From a virus, in the IMG/VR virus record IMGVR_UViG_3300042868_005761, positions 96,001-160,000 of that record: a stretch of DNA of 64,000 nt. The stretch is one strand, 5' to 3'. A program made the translations under genes and the position numbers. The notes under the pieces were generated by a model that had not been told where the DNA came from, searched no databases, and worked only from the letters and a program-made list of their open reading frames with translations. Below, piece after piece: positions 29,816-39,700 of the stretch. How positions within the stretch are numbered: the first letter of the stretch is position 1; each line of letters begins with the position of its first letter.

Positions 29816-32800
29816 TATAGTTGTCTCTCCAAGTCTGTAGGTATATTGTAATTATGATTGATACTTACCCCAACTTGAGCTCCAGGAATTATTCCTTGAA
29901 TTGATCTGGCATATTCAACTGGATTTGTCTTATCAACAATCATTCCTCTATTTGATATCCTGACACTAGCATTGTTTAAGTAAGACTTAGCAGCAATGCT
30001 ATTAGGTGCAGTCATTGTTCCTGACATCTCAGGGGAGCCTGCACTTCTTGCCATTTCTTCATCATTGGCTTGGCTATAGTTAGAATAGTTGTCACTAAGT
30101 AGATTGCCACTATTAATAAGTTGCATATCTGCATTAGTTGGGGTCATCATCATTCTACCAGGTGGAGGGGGAGGAAGATCAGTAAGTGGCTCATCATCGT
30201 ATCCAGAGTTGAATAAAGCATATGCGCCAGTCATAACAGCAGCACCAACCATACCAGCTCTTGCAAACTTATTAGCAAATAGAGATTTAGATGCTTCCTT
30301 TGCATCTTTCAATTCTGCTCTTGCTAGCTGTGCAGCTGAAGTGTTTTTTGTTCTAGCGGCAGCTTTTGCTTTTTCTGATTGGTTTAATTGAGATAGACTA
30401 TCTCCAAGCGCAGTGCCTCCTCTGCCAGTTAATCCTTCCTTAAATTCAGCTACTCTTTTCTTAAATTCCTCTTGTCTTCCTTTGGGTAAGGCTGACACGG
30501 CAAAGTCTAATAGCATATCACTTCTACCAGAATCTAATTGATGTAATGCAAAATCAGAATCTGCACTTCCTGAAAGATAAGAATTTAGTGCGTCTTCTGC
30601 TGTCATCTTCTCAGCTTTTTGTCCGCCACCTACAAGAGATGCTCTTGCAAGAGAGAATGAGCCAAGGGCTTGATCACTATTTGTATCAATCTTGTCTGCG
30701 TCTCTAAAACCTAAGTCTTTTAGTAGAGACTTATACTGCGCAAAACCTTGCTCTACGTTTTCATTTGCAATAGCGCTATGGAAACGCTGATACAACATAG
30801 CACGTGGAGACGTAGCCATATGTTTGAAACCAACAGCTTTCTGCTCCATTGCTTGTAAGAAGTTTGTCATTTCTTCTGAAGAACTACTATCAATTCCACC
30901 AGTGCCTTTCATTACATAATTCATTCTATGCATGGCTCTAGCAGTATTTGAAATTAAACCAACATCTTCTTGACCGGCTTGTCTTAGGAAAGCTTCTTGT
31001 TTTCTAGTAGACTTAACTCCGCCGCCTTTAAGTAAGTCTTTAAAAGACTTCTCTAGGGTAGCTTCATTGCTTTGGCTTCTTAAATCGTATTTCTTTTGAC
31101 GTTCAAATTGTTGCTTTAGACTAGGTTGACTAATAAGATCACTTTGCTGTTGCCAGTAATCAGCTATATTCTTACCAGATCTATTTCTATCACCAGCACC
31201 AACCATCATTACAGCAGCGGTATCACCGTCAAAGTCTGATGAAGTCTTTCCTGTGATAAATCCACCAAGTCTTTTCCAGATCTTTGCTCCTTCAAAGTCT
31301 ACTTGTTCTCCAAGAATATTAGCTGTATAACCTCCAGTTACGTCTCTACGCTTATCGTAATAGCCCGCCATTGTAGACACAGACTCAGGACCTATCTGAG
31401 GATTTTGCCAGCCCATAACAGCGTAGTATTTGCCTTCTTCAAGAACACCTTTCTTCATTTTCTTTAGATAGTTCTTTTCACTTTTAGAGGCAGTTCTCAT
31501 TGCTTCATTAAAGTGTTCTTCGATAACTCTTTTGCTCATACCAACGCCATAGCCTTGAGTTTCTTTTGCAATCTTGTCATCTAGGTTTGCAATAACCATT
31601 CCATACTCTGCTCCACGTAGTCTTCCTTCAAAGGGTGCATTAAAAGCTTCCATTCCTTTTCTTGCTCCAACTTGCATAAGTTGGCTACGTAAAGTAGAAA
31701 ATACTTTTTTATCTACGTCATTTATATTTGTTTCAACACTTCTAAGTATCTCAGTAATCATTTCTTCAAGATCAGTATCTTCAACATTACGACCAGCTCT
31801 CGAATCTTTTAAAGACAATTTCTTTAAATCATCTGCACCAGGTATATAAATCTGACCAGTTTCATGCTTTAAGAAACCACCTTTTGCTTTGATTGTTGAT
31901 AGCATTTTGCGACGATCTGCCTCGCTTGTCTTTGTATCAGAGAAATCTAATACTTTATCTTTCTTTGTCAATTCACGAATTGAATTCTTTGAAAAACTAC
32001 CTAGCTGTTCAACGTAACCAGGATCATGAGTCATAACTCTTTGCTGAACTGTCTCCCATACTTTCTTCATATGTCCATGTCTCTCGTTCTGAGAATCCAT
32101 TAACTGATAGAAGATGTGATCAACAAAGCGTCGTTCCATTCTTGCATTATTGCCTTGAATTATAGAAGATGAATCTGCTACTCCATGCAACGAAAGATTA
32201 AACACTTGCTTTGAGTTCTTGATACCAGCACCTAGGCTATCAACAAAGTCCTTGTCTAAGCCAAGATCTAAGAGTGCTTGAGGATCAGTCTCAATTAGAT
32301 TCTCAAGACGGAACCCAGCTTCGTCAGTCCCACCTTGCTCAAATCCGAACACGTTCCCTAGTAACTGTTCTCTTTGGGCAATTAATGTTGGATCTTCTTT
32401 GAACGCATCTTGCGCTCTTTTTAAATAGCTAATTAATGCATTAGTGTCTTCAACTGAATAGTTTTCTTGCCCCAGTCCCTTTTTCATACCCGCATGAAAA
32501 GCTTGATAGGCTGGATTAGCAGGAGAACTAATATCCCCAGCATAATTTCTAATATCCTTTAACCCTAAAGTAGGATTATTATCAGCATCAAATCTATTCA
32601 GTAGGAATCCTATTGCACTCTCTTGTTGAGTTCTAATTTGACGGATATTTGTTCCCTTTATAAAGTTACGACCTTCTCCTATAAAGGTTGTAAAAGGAAG
32701 AGTTCTTTCTGCTGCTACAGAGCCCATAAAGGCAGGATCAACTGCTCCAAAAGCTCCAGCAATTGCAGGTGCATTCCTGGCAGTAAGTATTTCATTAATC

Positions 32801-35800
32801 TTGCCTGTTCGCACAGAATCTCGCATTCCATCCCAGCCGCTTCTTGCTGCATCTACATCCCAAGCATTCTGGTCTGAGAAATCTGCAATTTCACCTTTAA
32901 TTGTCTTAAGAGAATCAAGAAGACTTTTTCTCTGAGCTTTTAAATCAGCTACAGGATCTATTTTGCCATACTTTGCTTCTGCAGCTTCTGTGCCTACTTG
33001 ATTTGCAAGACTAGAATAAGCAAGTTTTCTACCCTCTCTTAGCATTTTATTTACTTGCTCAAGTCGAGTTAGGTTGGCTGTTTTTTCTGCTGATAATCTT
33101 GCATCTCCTGGAGTCTGCCCCATAAGAGATTTATTGGCAACTCTCTCTCTTTTAGGGATACCTCTTCCTCCTAAGAAAGCGCCAAATTTACCATCGGCAA
33201 TTGATTCTTTATTAAGGTATTCCTGAACAGTACCAGCACTCGCTGGTTCCTCAACGGCGTCACCTGCAAAAAATGTCTCTACCCCTATTCTCTGTGAAGC
33301 ATCAATGCCAAGTAATTCTTCTAGCATATTACTTCTAGCACCTTTAACAGTACGTGAATCAACACCTAATGCGTATTTGTCTAGAGTTTTAGATAGCCCA
33401 GCTTTTGAAGACTTTCCACTTCCAGAGTATTGAGCTTCAAGACTTCTTGCTAGACTTGGCTTTTTGCCTTGCATCCAGGAAGGCATAGTCTTTCTGCCAG
33501 CCTTTGACTTCATTAAGCCTGTGCGAAAAATATTCTCAGCTTCGTCTAGGCTTCCCATACCTCTTCTTTCAAACTCTTGACTTAATCCTTTAACCTTATC
33601 TTGCTGACGAGCAAATCTATCAGCAATACTATTTCTATAAACTATTGTTCCATTAGGTTTTTGATCTGGATGGCCAGCAAAGTACCTTTCCATATTTCTA
33701 AAGACTGTCTGCTCTTCTTTACTTAAAGCTGTAGCTCCAGCAGTATTAGCTGCCAAGTATCTAATAGTTCCTTCATTCTTTTGCCAAAACTTAGACTCTT
33801 CTTCTAGGTTAAAAAGAGCCTGGACTTCTCCAATTGCTTTTTCTTGGAATCTAACATTGCTTAGTTCCGCGGCAGAGAGTCTAGGTTTATTTCTTAAAAG
33901 ACTTTCTCTCTCATCCATAAGGTCAAAAAGATTGGCTTTACCGCCTGTGCTTTTTCCTTTTCCTGGCCTATTTGGGAATGCTATATCTAGCATTGGACTT
34001 TCGTCTACTTCCCATTGACTTCGCCAATCTTTTAGAATTTTATCCGTCTCTTCGGTGCGAGGACCCATCGTCTCTCGAAGCTGTTTATATCCTTCATAGG
34101 AAGTCTCAAGCGATTTATTCTTTCCTAAAGAGGCATAGGCTTGCTTGGTTTGTTGTTTGCCAAATTTTGCTTTATCTTTTGTATCTTGAGCAGCTTTGCT
34201 TATAGTGCTCTTCTGTAAATTTGCAAGAGCATCTTGTAAAGCTTGTATCTCAGGAGCTCGTCTTGTCTGTTCTGCTTCTATTACAGACCTAGCATCTGCC
34301 TTTGACTTAGCAAAGAATTCATCTTTTTGTGAGTCTACAAAATCTAAAACTGATTGATATTCGCCTTTACTTAATTCCTGATCAAACAAAGAGCTTTCAG
34401 TACTAGTAGTAGCGCCAAAAGTTTTAGTACCTTCACCAAAGCCACTTACTCTACCAATGCTAAATGTATAGTCATCCATGCCAGGAATAACATCTAAGAC
34501 AGCAAGTCTTCCTTGCCCTGGTACATTGACAGTTACATCAGTTAAGTCATCGCCTTCTACTTTCTTACCTAACCAATCTCCTTCATTTAGAAAGATAGGA
34601 TTAGTTTCTAGTTCTTTTCTAATAGCAGCTTGTCTTGCTGCGGCATCACCAGTACCAGCCGCATCTGCAGCATCAATGATTCCTTTGAACTTAGAATTAA
34701 AAGAGAAAGCTTCTCTTGAAGCTGGGTCACCTTTTGTGCTTTTGTCGACGGTAAAGTGTCGACCAGGATGAATGACTCTTTCGCCTTCACTAGCCCCTAC
34801 TCTAATTCTTGTGCCTTCTGGTACAGCCTGTGGATTCTCTCTCATGCTTTTTTTAGTTGTTAGCCAGCTGCCATGGACAAACCCAATCATTCCTGACTTC
34901 TCCATATCAGCAAAAGCACCTGATCCTCTAAATGCATAAAGATCGCCTAGTGTTGCACGCAAATGACCAAGAGCTCTTTGCGAGCCTCTATTCTCTACAG
35001 TATAAGCATTAATAATATGTCGACCAGGCCTTCTTCCTATATCATTTGTAGAGTAGAATTCACCTGTGCTAGGATCAACTTCTCCAAGTGCAGCTCTGAC
35101 ATAGTCAGGTGTGCTAGTACTCATTACCTGCCCAGCAGCGTCTCTTTGAACTCCTCTGAAATTGTAAATATCTTTTCTTATTTGATTTGGACTTGTAAGT
35201 GGTTCGATTTCGTAACCATGGCTAATAGCTTGTTTTGAAATCTCATCAAAGTCACTTAGTCTACTAGCATCTGTACCTTCGACGTCAGCATCTGGATCCA
35301 TAGGATTCATACTGCGAACAACTTTCATTTGAGCCGCTTTAAGTGATAAAGCTCTACTGGGAGTTCTTGCAGGATCTACGTATTGGAGAATCTTATATTG
35401 GTCATCAACTTCAACATCCTTGCCACCAAATAATGTTGATCCAAGTCTTTGTCCTCGTTTAATACTTCTATCAATAAGACTCATGATCTGCCCATCAGAG
35501 CGAACACTTCTACCAGCCTTGTCTTTGCTTTCTTTGCCAAACAAGTATTCAAGTCCACTCATTATTTCGCTGCTTTGATCCTTGTTGATTTGCATAACTT
35601 TGCCAGTTGGACTGTACATGACAGACCCAGCTGCATCTCTATGGTAGACTTGGCCTCCTGTGCTTTCATCAACATAGTGAGCTAAATCCTGTACTGGAAC
35701 AAGAATGCTTTCTGCGTTATCAGCATCACCTATTCTATACTGAGCATATCTGAATTTTTTAGAATTACTTGCGCCAATCTTTTGATTGATTTCTACAATA

Positions 35801-36699
35801 TTAGATCTTTGGAACGTAGCATCAACACCTCTTTTCTTAATCTTCCCTTCAAAGTCTTTAACTCTTTCAAGCTCTTGAGTAGTCAAGTCTGACTGGGAAA
35901 GAAAGTTTACATTTGATAATGTGTTATTGCCTGTTCCAAACTTAAGTAGACCTCGTGATCCTGTATCAAGCATGGCTCGGTTACCATGTAGTCTTTTTGA
36001 GAAAACATCAGACATACCCTCAACGCCACCATAAAGCATATTAAAGCTATTTAGCATAGGCTTTAATCCCCTTTGAGCTGCCTTAGAATTCATTGGGCCA
36101 AAAGTTGTAGATTGAACCTGCTTTAAAAGTGCGTCGTAACTTTTTTGTTTTTGCGTTCCCGTAAACATACCAGAGAAACGTTTGTTAGTCATAATATCAA
36201 GTAAGGTTTGCCTTGTAGCTTCTGCTTGCTGGCCAATAAAAGTTTGGCCATCTGCTGCAAATGAGAACTTTTTTAAAGGTGTGCGGCCTCCAAGAATTGG
36301 GAGACCAACAGGTATACCAGTAGCGCCCATTGGCGTACTAGTAACAAATTTACTAGCTGGTGATATTCCTCCTCCTTTCATCTTTTCGCCACTGAATCTT
36401 TCTTGGTGTCTTTGGAATAAATAAGCTAATTGCTCAGAACTTAAAGCATGATTTACTGCATAGGCAAGAGACTCATTACTATTTACTCTTCTATTATTAT
36501 TTCTGTATTGCTGATTTAAAACATCAAAGAATGTTCCACCTTGAAAGTCAGAAAGAGTTTCACCTGCAAGAGGTGAAACGTCACTGCCTGTAATCATATT
36601 ACGGACAGCACTCATAGTTAGGTCTTTGCCTTTTGCTTTACCAAAAGCAAGCGCTCCTAATCCTATACTTAGCAAATTAAAAATCTTATCGCTAATCAT
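29815..36699 (-). CDS. Giant virion-associated protein; candidate single-chain two-barrel RNA polymerase (2294 aa)
   Basis: SDFDGD (nt 31222-31236), preceded by colinear beta'-like motifs GRLRG / GMSKR / WQNP; beta-like motifs EGERVI, GDWLGK, GEGTK and TNIRQI lie N-terminal. See findings. Confidence 0.6.
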   Translation of the reverse strand: MISDKIFNLLSIGLGALAFGKAKGKDLTMSAVRNMITGSDVSPLAGETLSDFQGGTFFDVLNQQYRNNNRRVNSNESLAYAVNHALSSEQLAYLFQRHQERFSGEKMKGGGISPASKFVTSTPMGATGIPVGLPILGGRTPLKKFSFAADGQTFIGQQAEATRQTLLDIMTNKRFSGMFTGTQKQKSYDALLKQVQSTTFGPMNSKAAQRGLKPMLNSFNMLYGGVEGMSDVFSKRLHGNRAMLDTGSRGLLKFGTGNNTLSNVNFLSQSDLTTQELERVKDFEGKIKKRGVDATFQRSNIVEINQKIGASNSKKFRYAQYRIGDADNAESILVPVQDLAHYVDESTGGQVYHRDAAGSVMYSPTGKVMQINKDQSSEIMSGLEYLFGKESKDKAGRSVRSDGQIMSLIDRSIKRGQRLGSTLFGGKDVEVDDQYKILQYVDPARTPSRALSLKAAQMKVVRSMNPMDPDADVEGTDASRLSDFDEISKQAISHGYEIEPLTSPNQIRKDIYNFRGVQRDAAGQVMSTSTPDYVRAALGEVDPSTGEFYSTNDIGRRPGRHIINAYTVENRGSQRALGHLRATLGDLYAFRGSGAFADMEKSGMIGFVHGSWLTTKKSMRENPQAVPEGTRIRVGASEGERVIHPGRHFTVDKSTKGDPASREAFSFNSKFKGIIDAADAAGTGDAAARQAAIRKELETNPIFLNEGDWLGKKVEGDDLTDVTVNVPGQGRLAVLDVIPGMDDYTFSIGRVSGFGEGTKTFGATTSTESSLFDQELSKGEYQSVLDFVDSQKDEFFAKSKADARSVIEAEQTRRAPEIQALQDALANLQKSTISKAAQDTKDKAKFGKQQTKQAYASLGKNKSLETSYEGYKQLRETMGPRTEETDKILKDWRSQWEVDESPMLDIAFPNRPGKGKSTGGKANLFDLMDERESLLRNKPRLSAAELSNVRFQEKAIGEVQALFNLEEESKFWQKNEGTIRYLAANTAGATALSKEEQTVFRNMERYFAGHPDQKPNGTIVYRNSIADRFARQQDKVKGLSQEFERRGMGSLDEAENIFRTGLMKSKAGRKTMPSWMQGKKPSLARSLEAQYSGSGKSSKAGLSKTLDKYALGVDSRTVKGARSNMLEELLGIDASQRIGVETFFAGDAVEEPASAGTVQEYLNKESIADGKFGAFLGGRGIPKRERVANKSLMGQTPGDARLSAEKTANLTRLEQVNKMLREGRKLAYSSLANQVGTEAAEAKYGKIDPVADLKAQRKSLLDSLKTIKGEIADFSDQNAWDVDAARSGWDGMRDSVRTGKINEILTARNAPAIAGAFGAVDPAFMGSVAAERTLPFTTFIGEGRNFIKGTNIRQIRTQQESAIGFLLNRFDADNNPTLGLKDIRNYAGDISSPANPAYQAFHAGMKKGLGQENYSVEDTNALISYLKRAQDAFKEDPTLIAQREQLLGNVFGFEQGGTDEAGFRLENLIETDPQALLDLGLDKDFVDSLGAGIKNSKQVFNLSLHGVADSSSIIQGNNARMERRFVDHIFYQLMDSQNERHGHMKKVWETVQQRVMTHDPGYVEQLGSFSKNSIRELTKKDKVLDFSDTKTSEADRRKMLSTIKAKGGFLKHETGQIYIPGADDLKKLSLKDSRAGRNVEDTDLEEMITEILRSVETNINDVDKKVFSTLRSQLMQVGARKGMEAFNAPFEGRLRGAEYGMVIANLDDKIAKETQGYGVGMSKRVIEEHFNEAMRTASKSEKNYLKKMKKGVLEEGKYYAVMGWQNPQIGPESVSTMAGYYDKRRDVTGGYTANILGEQVDFEGAKIWKRLGGFITGKTSSDFDGDTAAVMMVGAGDRNRSGKNIADYWQQQSDLISQPSLKQQFERQKKYDLRSQSNEATLEKSFKDLLKGGGVKSTRKQEAFLRQAGQEDVGLISNTARAMHRMNYVMKGTGGIDSSSSEEMTNFLQAMEQKAVGFKHMATSPRAMLYQRFHSAIANENVEQGFAQYKSLLKDLGFRDADKIDTNSDQALGSFSLARASLVGGGQKAEKMTAEDALNSYLSGSADSDFALHQLDSGRSDMLLDFAVSALPKGRQEEFKKRVAEFKEGLTGRGGTALGDSLSQLNQSEKAKAAARTKNTSAAQLARAELKDAKEASKSLFANKFARAGMVGAAVMTGAYALFNSGYDDEPLTDLPPPPPGRMMMTPTNADMQLINSGNLLSDNYSNYSQANDEEMARSAGSPEMSGTMTAPNSIAAKSYLNNASVRISNRGMIVDKTNPVEYARSIQGIIPGAQVGVSINHNYNIPTDLERQL

Positions 36700-36707
36700 A
36701 TTTAAAC

Positions 36708-39700
36708 TTACATAAACGGATTAAGAGTATTGTACTCGTTAAATGTTAAGCTGACAAAGTCTTGGTTTCTATTAGGTCCCTGGATATTATAACTATTTAC
36801 ACCATATGAGCTATATATCTTTGCCGCATTAGCCATTCCATTCAAACCATTTCTAGCGCTTAGGTTATTTAGATCTTGCATTGCCTTCTCGTCTATGTAT
36901 GGCTTTCTTGGCATATATGACGCACGACTTGGATAAATACCAAAATCATGGTAGTTCATGCCTTCGCTTTCAATATACTTTAACTTAACATCTTCTAAGT
37001 CTACTGCAGGATTAAATCCAATCCAGTCAACAGCTGGCATAGATCTATGATTAAAGAACTGAGATACTTCTTGTAGTTTTGCGCTATCTACCATCTGAGG
37101 ATCAGAAACATCAAATCCTTCTTTCTGTTTTTTAACAATAAGATCTGCTGCGTAATCCATACCATAGGTAGACATAGGAGCTGATCCAGCTGCGCGGTTA
37201 ATTGCTTCAAGATCTTGATTCATGTAGAACCCTTCCATTAGCCTTGACTTGTAATCTGGCAAAGCATCAATAATATCTTGTTGTCTACCAGGATTCATTT
37301 CTCTTGCAAATCCTGCAGCAAACATAGACTCTCTACCGCCTAGAACATTCCCTAGTCTTTCTTCCGAGACATATCCTGTTCCTCCTACATAGGTATCTTG
37401 CGCAATGTTTTGATACTGATTAGCTAACTGTTCATTGCCTTGCATTCCTGCTGCTTGTGAAAGTCCTGAATACTTAACATATTTGAGTTTATCAAAGTAC
37501 TCTTCTGTGTCTCTTTTTTCTCTTAGGCCAGGAGATTCAAAGTCAAATCCTAACCAATTATGTAATGCTGATTTAATAGCAGGGGCTATCCATCCTGCAA
37601 CAGGACTATCCCATCCTTTCATTTCTGTTCCGTAAAGTTCTCTTGATTCATATTCTTCAAGAGCATCTCGGAATGGTAATAGCTTGTTAACAGGAGACAT
37701 ACCAAACATACCAATATGCTCTATTGGCTGTGCAACCCTATTTGCAATATGAGTTGTAGCTTCCCATGCTCTACCAAACATCTTGCCAATGGGATTAGTC
37801 ATTGCATAATCTGCAATAGGCGAATCATCCTTTGCAAATCTACCTTCTTCTCTTATGTCTTTATTTACATTAAAGCCATTATTTCTAACAGCACCCATAA
37901 CTACGCCTCTCTCGTCAACGGCCTGACCAATACTTGCGGCAACATCAACAGTAACGCCTTGTCCTACTTGAATCTTGCTAGAGAAAGCTTTCTCGTTTCT
38001 AGTCTTAAGCTTTGCTGCTTGTTTGATTGATAAGTTGTAATCGCTAATTAAAGCATCAACGTCATTAGATATTCCTGCTACACCAAATCGACCACCATAG
38101 CCAGACACAGTAAAACTCATAGTAGATGCATCTACTGACGTAACATCACCACTGATAGTATCGTAAGTGCTTGGCTTGAACTGATAAGCGTCAGTGCCCT
38201 TATCGGTTGCCTTTCTTGCTACGTTCTGTTTATGCCTATAAAAGAACTTTTCCTCTTCTGTAGTCATTTCTCCTGAAGATCTCATAAGTTCAGCTTGACG
38301 CCGATATCCTTTATACTGGGGAGACTGAGGAGCAACGTCTCCTAGGATATTCATTTTATGTAGTAAAGGATAGTCTTCGGGATTGACGCCTTTTAATTCC
38401 GTATGCAAGGCAACATATCCTTTGCCCGGCATTCTGTACTCACCTTCACCATACCTAGTATTAGTGTATTGGTTTCCATATTGGAAGCTATCTGGCATCC
38501 AACTAGGCATAGCATTTTTAATTGGATTGTATTGCTTTAAGTCATCCTTGTGAAGGAATCGACGAATAGGCTCTGAGACAAAGGGAACACCCAAGAATGA
38601 ACCACCACCTTGTAGGTCATAGAATCTGCTAGCCATATCCATGTTACGAGAGAACGACTCTAACTCTTGTCTTTGGTCAGCAATGCCCGGTGTTCCTGTA
38701 AGATAGTTCTTTGCGGTTTTTGCATAGAAACCAACAAGACCACCTAGAGAAGTTGTCTGCTCCCAGAAGTCTCCTAATACTCTACTTGGAGAATAAGGAG
38801 AATAAGGTGCAGGCATTCCTAATCCACCAATACTTAAATCTGGAATCTCATCAAGCCCAGTAGATCTTTCTACAAACTTTACGTTACCTTCAGAGTCTGA
38901 ACGAGCCCATTCTCCAACATGCATTAGTCTTGGCTTTTTGATAAGGTCAGCGATCGGTTGGATAAGCGGGTATATAAAAGGAACTTGATCAAAGGCAGCT
39001 CCAGTTATAGGGGCAGGTCTGGTCCAATAGTTTTCTCTTTCAAGTTTATAAGTAAAGTTCTTAAGTGCCATTTCCATTAACGGACCATGTCCACCGGACG
39101 CGCCCGCCTGTGCAGCTCCAGAACTTAAGCGCGCAGTAAGGCTTGGACGATAATACAGAATATCAGTTCCTTCATATCCTGTCTGGCCCATTTCCCATTT
39201 CTGACCACGTCTAACAGCCTCTAATCTTTTGCCTTGATTTAGCTCTCTAAGCTCAGAGGGACGCTCAAGGGTACCCATACTACCCGTTCCTACAAACCAT
39301 GCCGCAGCAGCCACTGTAGAGGCATACAGAATGCTTCTAGTTCTAGGCGCAACACGGATGGCTTCTCTTAGTCTTCCAAGAGCATTCTTTTCACTTGCAA
39401 AGATTTTGCTTTTTGCTTCTGCGTATGTGTGATCAGTAACATGTTCAGCTATCTCGTCAAAGTTAGAAACATCTGCAACCTTGCCTATTGGATTGTTTAA
39501 TAGTCCGTATTCTCCTTCCCTTTCGAGAGAAGAAATATAAGAATTCATATTCTGTTCTACAATCTCAGTTTGTCTAGTTGATAGTCCTCCAGTATCACCT
39601 CTTATCTTTCTTATAGTAGAATCTAAAGTCCTTCTGGCTCTTATTTTTTCTTTGTCAGAAAGTTTAGGATAAGCATCTTCATGTGCTTTGGTTGCTCTAA

